DNA from: a virus
Taxonomy: Duplodnaviria > Heunggongvirae > Uroviricota > Caudoviricetes
Strand: one strand, 5' to 3'
DNA: 33,781 nt
IMG/VR virus record: IMGVR_UViG_640753025_000002
The notes beneath the pieces are model-generated. The model was not told where the DNA came from and did not search any database. It saw only the letters and a program-made list of their open reading frames with translations. The translations under genes and the position numbers were made by a program. This document shows positions 25,969 to 33,781 of this stretch, one piece after another. Every line of letters starts with the position of its first letter. The stretch's first letter is position 1.

Positions 25969-28900
25969 TAACAACCTGCGTCTGCAGGTCATTCTTAATG
26001 CGGTTGACAAGCTCACCCGCCCATTTCGATCTGCGCAGGCCAGTTCAAGAGAACTGGCTGCTGCTGTCAAAAAATCCCGCGATGCAATAAAGCAGCTTGA
26101 TCAGGCCGGGAGCAGTCTGGACAGCTTCCGAAAGCTGCAGGCAGAAAATCAGAAATTAGGCGACAGGCTGAACTATGCCCGCCAGCGTGCAAATTTGCTC
26201 AGTCAGGAACTGGGAGCGATGGGGCCGCCTTCGCAACGTCAGGTTGTTGCTCTGGGCCGTCAACGGCTGGCTGTTCAGCGCCTGGAAGAACGCCAGAAAA
26301 AGCTGCAGCAGCAGACGGCGCTTGTGCGTGCTGAACTGTACCGGGCGGGAATTTCTGCGAAAGACGATGCGGGAGCAACTGCCCGTTTAGCCCGTGAAAC
26401 ATCACGTTATAACCAGGAACTTTCGAAACAGGAGGCGCGGCTGAAGCGACTGGGGGAAGCTCAGCGCAGGATGAATGCAGCGCGTGCCAGTTATACCCGT
26501 TCGCTGGAGGTGCGTGATCGTATTGCAGGTGCCGGAGCCACCACCACGGCTGCAGGGCTGGCAATGGGTGCGCCAGTGATGGCGGCAGTAAAAAGCTATA
26601 CCAGCATGGAAGATGCCATGAAAGGTGTGGCAAAGCAGGTCAATGGTCTGCGTGACGATAATGGCAACCGCACTGCACGTTTTTATGAAATGCAGGATGC
26701 CATCAAGGCTGCCAGCGAACAGTTGCCGATGGAAAACGGTGCGGTGGACTTCGCTGCACTGGTTGAAGGTGGTGCGCGCATGAACGTCGCAAACCCTGAC
26801 GACAGCTGGGAAGATCAGAAACGTGACCTGCTGGCCTTCGCCAGTACGGCAGCAAAGGCGGCAACAGCCTTTGAGCTGCCAGCGGATGAACTGTCAGAAA
26901 GTCTGGGGAAAATCGCCCAGCTCTACAAAATCCCTACCCGCAATATTGAACAGCTCGGTGATGCGCTGAATTATCTGGATGATAACGCCATGTCGAAAGG
27001 GGCAGACATCATTGATGTGATGCAACGTCTGGGCGGTGTGGCTGACCGTCTGGATTATCGTAAAGCGGCGGCGCTGGGTTCCACCTTCCTGACACTGGGC
27101 GCTGCGCCGGAGGTTGCAGCCAGTGCAGCAAACGCGATGGTGCGTGAATTGTCCATTGCCACCATGCAAAGCAAGAGTTTTTTTGAAGGGATGAATCTGC
27201 TGAAACTCAATCCTGAAGTGATTGAAAAGCAGATGACGAAGGATGCGATGGGAACCATCCAGCGCGTGCTGGAGAAGGTGAACGCACTGCCGCAGGATAA
27301 GCGCCTGTCTGCCATGACCATGTTGTTTGGTAAAGAGTTTGGCGATGATGCGGCGAAACTGGCAAACAACCTGCCGGAACTGCAGCGCCAGCTAAAACTG
27401 ACAGCGGGCAATGATGCGCTCGGTTCGATGCAGAAAGAATCCGACATTAACAAGGACTCACTTTCTGCGCAGTGGTTGCTGGTTAAAACCGGAGCGCAGA
27501 ACACCTTCAGCAGCCTGGGCGAAACGCTGCGCCAGCCGCTGATGGATATTCTGTACACGGTGAAAAGCATCACGGGGGCGTTGCGCCGCTGGGTGGAAGC
27601 TAACCCGGAACTGACAGGCACACTGATGAAAGTAGCGGCTGTTGTGGCTGCGGTTACCGTAGGCCTCGGCACCTTAGCGGTGGCGCTGGCTGCAGTTCTG
27701 GGGCCGCTGGCAGTGATCCGTCTGGGATTCTCTGTGCTGGGTATCAAAACGTTACCTTCCGTTACGGCAGCAGTAACTCGAACCAGCAGCGCGTTGTCCT
27801 GGCTGGCTGGCGCACCACTGGCACTGCTGCGACGCGGGCTTGCTTCATCGGGCAACGCCGCAGGTTTACTTACTGCGCCGTTGTCGTCTTTGCGCCGCAC
27901 GGCATCACTGACGGGAAATGTCCTGAAAACTGTAGCAGGTGCGCCGGTTGCACTGTTGCGGTCTGGATTATCCGGTTTACGTGCGGTTGCTGTGATGTTT
28001 ATGAATCCACTGGCAGCAATACGCGGCGGGCTGGCTGCCGCAGGCACGGTGCTGCGAGTACTGGCATCTGGTCCACTGGCGATGTTGCGCGTTGCCCTGT
28101 ATGCCGTATCTGGTCTGTTAGGTGCTCTGCTCAGTCCGATAGGTCTTGTGGTTACTGCACTGGCGGGTGTGGCACTGGTTGTCTGGAAATACTGGCAACC
28201 CATCACCGCATTTCTCGGTGGCGTGGTGGAAGGATTCAAAGCGGCGGCAGGTCCCATCAGTGCAGCGTTCGAACCGCTTAAGCCTGTGTTCCAGTGGATT
28301 GGTGACAAAGTGCAGGCGCTGTGGGGCTGGTTTACTGATCTGCTGACGCCCGTTACGTCGACCTCTGCCGAACTGCAGAGCGCAGCGGCAATGGGGCGAC
28401 AATTCGGGGAGGCACTGGCGGAAGGGCTGAATAAGGTTATGCATCCGCTGGACTCCCTGAAATCCGGCGTTTCCTGGTTGCTGGAGAAACTTGGCATTGT
28501 CAGTAAAGAGGCCGCAAAGGCAAAACTGCCGGAAAGCGTGACGCGTCAGCAACCTGCGACGGTGAATGCAGACGGTAAAGTGATGATGCCATCGGGTGGT
28601 TTTCCGTCATGGGGATATGGCTTTGCGGGGATGTATGACAGCGGCGGGTATATCCCGCGCGGGCAGTTTGGCATCGTCGGTGAAAACGGGCCGGAAATTG
28701 TTAACGGCCCGGCAAATGTGACCAGCCGGAGAAATACAGCTGCACTGGCTGCCGTTGTTGCCGGAATGATGGGCGTTGCTGCCGCGCCAGCAGAGCTTCC
28801 ACCGTTGCACCCTTTGGCACTTCCCGCGAAAGGTGGAGAAGCAATTGTGAGTCGCGCAGCCACTGTGCCGCCCGTTCAACGGATTGAGGCACCGACGCAG

Positions 28901-29038
28901 ATCATCATTCAGACGCAGCCAGGACAAAGTGCGCAGGATATTGCGCGGGAGGTGGCACGCCAGCTTGATGAACGTGAACGCAGGCTGAAGGCAAAAGCCA
29001 GGAGTAACTACAGCGATCAGGGGGGATACGACGCATGA
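25961..29038 (+). CDS. T: Tail tape measure protein (P2 gpT family)
   Basis: 1025 aa; helical N-terminal half; internal Ala/Leu/Gly-rich hydrophobic repeats (APLALLRRGL / APVALLRSGL / GPLAMLRVAL); located between E/E' and U. Confidence 0.9.
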   Translation: MSDNNLRLQVILNAVDKLTRPFRSAQASSRELAAAVKKSRDAIKQLDQAGSSLDSFRKLQAENQKLGDRLNYARQRANLLSQELGAMGPPSQRQVVALGRQRLAVQRLEERQKKLQQQTALVRAELYRAGISAKDDAGATARLARETSRYNQELSKQEARLKRLGEAQRRMNAARASYTRSLEVRDRIAGAGATTTAAGLAMGAPVMAAVKSYTSMEDAMKGVAKQVNGLRDDNGNRTARFYEMQDAIKAASEQLPMENGAVDFAALVEGGARMNVANPDDSWEDQKRDLLAFASTAAKAATAFELPADELSESLGKIAQLYKIPTRNIEQLGDALNYLDDNAMSKGADIIDVMQRLGGVADRLDYRKAAALGSTFLTLGAAPEVAASAANAMVRELSIATMQSKSFFEGMNLLKLNPEVIEKQMTKDAMGTIQRVLEKVNALPQDKRLSAMTMLFGKEFGDDAAKLANNLPELQRQLKLTAGNDALGSMQKESDINKDSLSAQWLLVKTGAQNTFSSLGETLRQPLMDILYTVKSITGALRRWVEANPELTGTLMKVAAVVAAVTVGLGTLAVALAAVLGPLAVIRLGFSVLGIKTLPSVTAAVTRTSSALSWLAGAPLALLRRGLASSGNAAGLLTAPLSSLRRTASLTGNVLKTVAGAPVALLRSGLSGLRAVAVMFMNPLAAIRGGLAAAGTVLRVLASGPLAMLRVALYAVSGLLGALLSPIGLVVTALAGVALVVWKYWQPITAFLGGVVEGFKAAAGPISAAFEPLKPVFQWIGDKVQALWGWFTDLLTPVTSTSAELQSAAAMGRQFGEALAEGLNKVMHPLDSLKSGVSWLLEKLGIVSKEAAKAKLPESVTRQQPATVNADGKVMMPSGGFPSWGYGFAGMYDSGGYIPRGQFGIVGENGPEIVNGPANVTSRRNTAALAAVVAGMMGVAAAPAELPPLHPLALPAKGGEAIVSRAATVPPVQRIEAPTQIIIQTQPGQSAQDIAREVARQLDERERRLKAKARSNYSDQGGYDA

Positions 29039-29520
29039 TGATGGTGCTGGGATTGTACGTGTTTATGCTGCGCACCGTTCCGTATCAGGAACTGCAGTAT
29101 CAACGCAGCTGGCGACATGCGGCAAACAGCCGGGTAAATCGTCGTCCGTCCACGCAGTTTCTGGGACCGGACAACGACATGCTGACGCTTTCCGGTGTTC
29201 TTATGCCGGAGATAACAGGCGGCAGGCTGTCGTTGCTGGCACTGGAGCAGATGGCAGAACAGGGGAAAGCATGGCCCCTGATTGAAGGCAGCGGCACGAT
29301 TTACGGCATGTATGTGATTGAGGGACTGAATCAGACTAAAACGGAGTTTTTCCGCGACGGTATGCCGCGCCGGATTGAGTTCACCCTGTCGCTCAAACGC
29401 GTGGATGAATCCCTGTCCGATATGTTCGGTGATCTCAGTGCGCAACTGAATAATCTTCAGGACACGGCAACATCTGTCTTAAGCGATATCAGTAAAACGG
29501 TGGGAGGGCTGCTGTCGTGA
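29035..29520 (+). CDS. U: Tail protein (P2 gpU family)
   Basis: 161 aa (P2 U is about 159 aa); start overlaps the T stop. Confidence 0.85.
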   Translation: MMMVLGLYVFMLRTVPYQELQYQRSWRHAANSRVNRRPSTQFLGPDNDMLTLSGVLMPEITGGRLSLLALEQMAEQGKAWPLIEGSGTIYGMYVIEGLNQTKTEFFRDGMPRRIEFTLSLKRVDESLSDMFGDLSAQLNNLQDTATSVLSDISKTVGGLLS

Positions 29521-30617
29521 ATTTCAGCTCTGAACTGCTTAACAAAGGCAACAAAACTCCCGCATTCAGCATCAGTATTGAGGGCAGGGATATCACCACA
29601 GTGCTGGACAACCGCCTGATGGGGCTGACGCTGACGGATAACCGGGGCTTTGAAGCAGACCAGCTTGATCTGGAGCTGGACGACGCCGACGGAAAAATCG
29701 TGCTGCCGCGTCGTGGTGCGGTCGTTACGCTGGCGCTGGGTTGGAAGGGGCAGCCGCTTTTCCCGAAAGGGGCATTCACGGTGGACGAGATTGAACACAC
29801 TGGCGCACCGGACCGCCTGACTATCCGGGCGCGAAGTGCTGATTTTCGGGAAACGCTGAATACCCGCCGTGAAAAATCGTGGCATAAGACCACCGTCGGG
29901 GAAGTGGTGAAGGAAATAGCCTCGCGGCACAAGCTGAAGATGGCACTGGGTAAAGACCTGTCGGATAAGCTCGTAGAGCATATAGACCAGACTAATGAGA
30001 GTGACGGCAGTTTTCTGATGCGGCTGGCGCGCCAGTACGGTGCCATCGCGTCGGTGAAAAATGGCAATCTGTTATTCATCCGGCAGGGACAGGGCAAAAG
30101 CGCCACTGGTAAACCACTGCCGGTGATCACTATCACACGCAAGGACGGCGACAGTCACCGCTTTACCCTGGCAGATCGCGGAGCCTACACGGGGGTAATT
30201 GCCAGCTGGTTGCATACCCGCGAACCCGCGAAGAAAGAAAGCACTACGGTGAAGCGTAAGCGCAGGACTAAGAAGCAGAAGAAAGAGCCGGAAGCGAAGC
30301 AGGGCGATTACCTGGTGGGGACGGATGAAAACGTGCTGGTACTTAATCGCACTTATGCCAACCGGAGCAACGCTGAACGGGCAGCGAAAATGCAGTGGGA
30401 ACGCCTGCAACGTGGCGTTGCGTCATTCTCGCTACAACTGGCGGAAGGGCGGGCAGATCTCTACACGGAAATGCCAGTGAAAGTCAGTGGCTTTAAACAG
30501 CCGATAGATGATGCGGAATGGACCATTACGACTCTGACGCATACCGTAAGCCCGGATAATGGTTTTACGACCAGTCTGGAGCTTGAAGTGAGGATTGATG
30601 ATTTCGAAATGGAATGA
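29517..30617 (+). CDS. D: Tail/late-control protein (P2 gpD family)
   Basis: 366 aa (P2 D is about 387 aa); GTG start overlapping the U stop, with a GGGAGGG RBS; last tail gene before ogr. Confidence 0.85.
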   Translation: MNFSSELLNKGNKTPAFSISIEGRDITTVLDNRLMGLTLTDNRGFEADQLDLELDDADGKIVLPRRGAVVTLALGWKGQPLFPKGAFTVDEIEHTGAPDRLTIRARSADFRETLNTRREKSWHKTTVGEVVKEIASRHKLKMALGKDLSDKLVEHIDQTNESDGSFLMRLARQYGAIASVKNGNLLFIRQGQGKSATGKPLPVITITRKDGDSHRFTLADRGAYTGVIASWLHTREPAKKESTTVKRKRRTKKQKKEPEAKQGDYLVGTDENVLVLNRTYANRSNAERAAKMQWERLQRGVASFSLQLAEGRADLYTEMPVKVSGFKQPIDDAEWTITTLTHTVSPDNGFTTSLELEVRIDDFEME

Positions 30618-30707
30618 TTCTTCGCAATGGAGAACTTTTAAGTTTGCAAAATGGAATAATGCGGTATCATTATTGTGAATTTAGCAAAAATGGGGAGAAC
30701 TCGAAAA

Positions 30708-30926
30708 ATGATGATTTGCCCACTGTGTGGAAGTGCCGCCCATACTCGCAGCAGTTTTCAGGTATCTTCATTGACCAAAGAGCGTTACAACCAGTGCCAG
30801 AACATTAACTGCAGCCATACTTTTGTTACCCATGAAACTTTTGTTCGTTCGATTGCAACGCCAAAAGAGTCAAATCCGGTTCAGCCGCATCCAATGAAAT
30901 CAGGACAGGTGGCGCTCTCTCTTTGA
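30708..30926 (+). CDS. ogr: Late transcription activator, zinc finger (P2 Ogr / 186 B family)
   Basis: 72 aa from the ATG at 30708 (P2 Ogr is 72 aa); CPLCG...C.NINCSHTF matches Ogr CPLCQ...CQNVNCSATF; upstream extension rejected. Confidence 0.85.
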   Translation: MMICPLCGSAAHTRSSFQVSSLTKERYNQCQNINCSHTFVTHETFVRSIATPKESNPVQPHPMKSGQVALSL

Positions 30927-31012
30927 CGCTGCCGCCATTTTGTCGCCATCGTTAAAAAATAGTGTTTCTAACATCATGATTTTAAACAGCTTAAATTTCA
31001 GGCAACAAAAAA

Positions 31013-31049
31013 CCCATCAACCTTGAACCGAAATGGCGGGGTTGATGGG
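31013..31049 (-). terminator. Hairpin with T-run on the minus strand; putative terminator for ybjL, or part of the prophage/host junction
   Basis: CCCATCAACC / GGTTGATGGG inverted repeat, preceded on the plus strand by AAAAAA (a T-run on the minus strand); about 110 bp beyond the ybjL stop. Confidence 0.4.
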
Positions 31050-31161
31050 CTCCACAAAATGGGGACATCAAAGAAAAGCAGTGGCACTAATTAAGACTGA
31101 TGCCCTGCGGAAAAGTTCTGCGGTTGTGCAAAAAAATTTCATTTTCAGGGCAACTTCAGTT

Positions 31162-32847
31162 TTATCCTAATCCTGGCCATACCATGACGATGATTGTCCC
31201 TGCCAGCGTCAGCAGGACGTTGGCGATTGCATAGGTGCCCGCATAGCCCAGCGCCGGGATGTTACTGCGAGCTGTATCACTGATGATCTCCATTGCCGGC
31301 GCGCAGGTACGTGCGCCCATCATTGCGCCGAACAACAGCGCGCGGTTCATTCGCAATACATAAGCACCGAACAAGAAACAGATAACCACGGGCACCAGAC
31401 TGACAATCAATCCGGCAATCAACATCTGACCGCCAATCGCGCCCAGGCCGTTATTAATACCGCTACCGGCGCTCAGACCAACGCCTGCCATAAACACCAT
31501 CAAGCCGAACTCTTTCACCATGCTTAATGCACCCTGCGGAATGTAACCGAAGGTCGGGTGGTTAGCACGCATAAAGCCCAGCATAATTCCGGCGAATAAC
31601 AACCCGGCAGCGTTCCCCATGCCGAAACTGAATGTGCTGAACTGGAAGGTGATCATCCCGATCATCAGCCCAATAACAAAGAAGGCGCAAAATGCCAGCA
31701 GGTCAGTGACCTGGCTGTGAATCGAGATAAAGCCGATGCGATCGGCGATGGTTTTTACGCGACGGGCATCACCGCTGACTTGTAAAACGTCACCTTTGTT
31801 AAGCACGACGTTGTCATCTATCGGCATCTCAATCTGGCTACGAATGACGCGGTTAAGGAAGCAACCGTGATCGGTCAACTTCAGTTGTGCGAGACGTTTA
31901 CCTACAGCGTTATGGTTTTTAACGACCACTTCTTCAGTGACGATACGCATGTCGAGAAGGTCACGATCGAAAACTTCTTTACCGTTACGGAAGCTGGGAT
32001 CGAGTCGGGCATGGGCGTCGGGATAGCCTACCAACGCTATTTCATCGCCCATTTGTAGCACGGCATCACCGTCTGGATTTGCCAGAATCCCGTTACGTCG
32101 AATACGTTCAATGTAGCAGCCGGTTTGTCGATAAATACCCAGTTCACGCAGATTTTTGCCGTCGGTCCAGGCCACCAGCTCCGGGCCGACGCGATAGGCG
32201 CGGATCACCGGTAAATAAACCTTACGGTTGGCATCAGTGTCCAGGCCACGTTCGCGGGCGATTTGCTGGGCGCTGGTCTGTAAGTCCTGATGCTGCAATT
32301 TCGGCAAGTAACGCGCACCAACAATCAAACTCACCAGACCGATTAAATAGGTTAAGGCATACCCGAGGCTCAGATTATCCAGTGCCAGTGAGAGCTGCCT
32401 GCTTTCCATGCCGGAATGACGCAGTGTATCGCCAGCACCGACCAGAACCGGTGTCGACGTCATAGAGCCTGCTAACATACCGGCCGTCAGGCCAATATCC
32501 CAGCCAAACAGCTTACCTAACCCTAAGGCGATCACCAGCGCACTGCCAACCATCACCAGTGCTAACATTAGGTAATTTTTCCCATCGCGAAAAAAAATGG
32601 AAAAAAAGTTCGGTCCGGCTTCAACCCCAACACAGAAAATAAACAGCATAAAGCCAAGATTAAGCGCATCGGTGTTAATGCTGAAATGTTGTTGGCCTAA
32701 TAACAGCGATACGACTAAAACGCCAATGGAATTACCCAGTTGGATCGAACCAAGTCGTAACTTTCCGAGACATAGCCCAAGCGCGAGGACCACAAATAAT
32801 AACAGAATGTAATTCCCATTTAACAATTCGGCGACGTTTATATTCAC
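31162..32847 (-). CDS. ybjL: Putative transport protein YbjL (AAE-family transporter with TrkA-C domains)
   Basis: 561-aa polytopic membrane protein with a duplicated transporter architecture; recognised as E. coli YbjL by sequence, size and neighbourhood with ybjM/grxA. Confidence 0.85.
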
Positions 32848-33116
32848 GGAGGCTAACTTCTTGTTTACTAGTAAGCTGTTGAAAGAAATGGTAATTTACG
32901 ATAATGTTTTTTACCAGAATTCAGGGCGCAGATTCATTCAGCGCACCTAAACGATAGTAAAGTAACAATATATTTTACTAGTGTAATCACATTAGGTATC
33001 AACGGCTATATGAATTGCGTTGGCCTATATTAGCATGGAATGCGAAGCGGCTTTATCTTACTGAACGCCACACTGGCGAAAAATGTGTTCGATAGACGCA
33101 GTGTCAGGAGGAACGA

Positions 33117-33494
33117 GTGAAACATAAACAACGTTGGGCGGGGGCAATCTGCTGTTTTGTCCTCTTCATTGTGGTGTGCCTTTTTCTGGCGACGCACATG
33201 AAAGGCGCTTTTCGGGCTGCCGGGCATCCTGAAATCGGCTTGCTATTTTTCATTCTTCCTGGAGCAGTCGCCAGCTTCTTTTCACAGCGTAGAGAAGTCC
33301 TGAAACCTCTGTTTGGCGCAATGCTGGCGGCACCCTGTTCGATGCTCATTATGCGGCTGTTTTTTTCACCGACGCGCTCATTCTGGCAAGAGCTGGCATG
33401 GTTATTAAGTGCGGTGTTCTGGTGTGCGCTGGGGGCACTGTGTTTCTTATTTATCAGTAGTTTGTTTAAACCACAGCACAGAAAAAATCAGTAA
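33117..33494 (+). CDS. ybjM: Inner membrane protein YbjM
   Basis: 125-aa hydrophobic protein between ybjL and grxA, matching E. coli K-12 gene order. Confidence 0.75.
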   Translation: MKHKQRWAGAICCFVLFIVVCLFLATHMKGAFRAAGHPEIGLLFFILPGAVASFFSQRREVLKPLFGAMLAAPCSMLIMRLFFSPTRSFWQELAWLLSAVFWCALGALCFLFISSLFKPQHRKNQ

Positions 33495-33523
33495 AGCCCT
33501 CAACGCGAGGGCTTGTCAGACGA

Positions 33524-33781
33524 TCAGGCGTCCAGATTTTCTTTCACCCATGCAGCAAAATCGGTATAGCCGCCGATATGTTGCTGATCGACAAAAATCT
33601 GCGGCACGGTTTCTACGGGTTTACCTGCCTTTTGTTGTAGATCTTCTTTAGTGATCCCTTCCGCACGAATATCTACATAGTGATACTGAAAATCATCGTG
33701 TTCATTGCTCAATTTCTCAGCCAGATCTTTTGCACGCACACAGTAAGGGCAACCCGGACGACCAAAAATAACGGTTTGCAT
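33524..33781 (-). CDS. grxA: Glutaredoxin 1
   Basis: 85 aa beginning MQTVIFGRPGCPYCVRAK with the CPYC active site; the ATG falls exactly at the window end. Confidence 0.9.
   Translation of the reverse strand: MQTVIFGRPGCPYCVRAKDLAEKLSNEHDDFQYHYVDIRAEGITKEDLQQKAGKPVETVPQIFVDQQHIGGYTDFAAWVKENLDA

Larger units (their letters stand above)
1..30926. mobile_element. P2/186-family (Peduovirus-like) prophage; left boundary beyond window start, right boundary between ogr and ybjL
   Basis: Complete syntenic set of P2-like genes (int, cI, apl, cII, A, Q, P, O, N, M, L, X, lysis cassette, R, S, V, W, J, I, H, FI, FII, E/E', T, U, D, ogr) recognised from translated ORFs; host genes ybjL/ybjM/grxA start at 31162. 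Confidence 0.85.

Noticed and set aside
27055-28497. 480-aa minus-strand ORF, with others (28118-28552, 28546-28863), inside the tape measure gene
   Set aside because: Ala/Ser/Pro-rich antisense translation of the GC-rich, repeat-rich T gene; typical artefact, with no independent signals.
30614-30808. 64-aa ORF spanning the D-ogr intergenic region and overlapping the 5' part of ogr, plus a GTG-initiated extended ogr at 30675
   Set aside because: No RBS; overlaps the ogr promoter/leader; ogr length from the ATG at 30708 is exactly 72 aa, as in P2.

Overview
The window is almost entirely one P2/186-family (Peduovirus-like) prophage of about 31 kb, running from the integrase stop codon at position 1-3 to ogr at 30926, followed by the E. 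coli chromosomal genes ybjL, ybjM and grxA. Gene order is syntenic with P2/186: int, cI, a divergent early operon (apl, cII, small ORFs, TraR-like zinc finger, dam, replication gene A), a variable cargo region, then the late genes Q and P on the minus strand and O through D plus ogr on the plus strand. All calls rest on reading the translated ORFs against remembered P2/186 protein sequences and on motifs visible in the DNA; no database search was run. The most interesting part is the AT-rich cargo island at roughly 7.2-10.3 kb between gene A and the portal gene Q. It holds a LexA-box-controlled two-ORF module ending in a DinI homolog, an orphan lipoprotein, a probable cos site, and a 463-aa coiled-coil plus two-transmembrane-helix protein with no recognisable enzymatic motif, which is the best candidate for an undescribed defence or exclusion function. 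A second candidate moron is a 63-aa secreted Cys-containing peptide sitting between cI and int in the lysogenic operon. No tRNA, rRNA or CRISPR array was seen. The left att junction lies outside the window and the right junction lies somewhere in 30927-31161.
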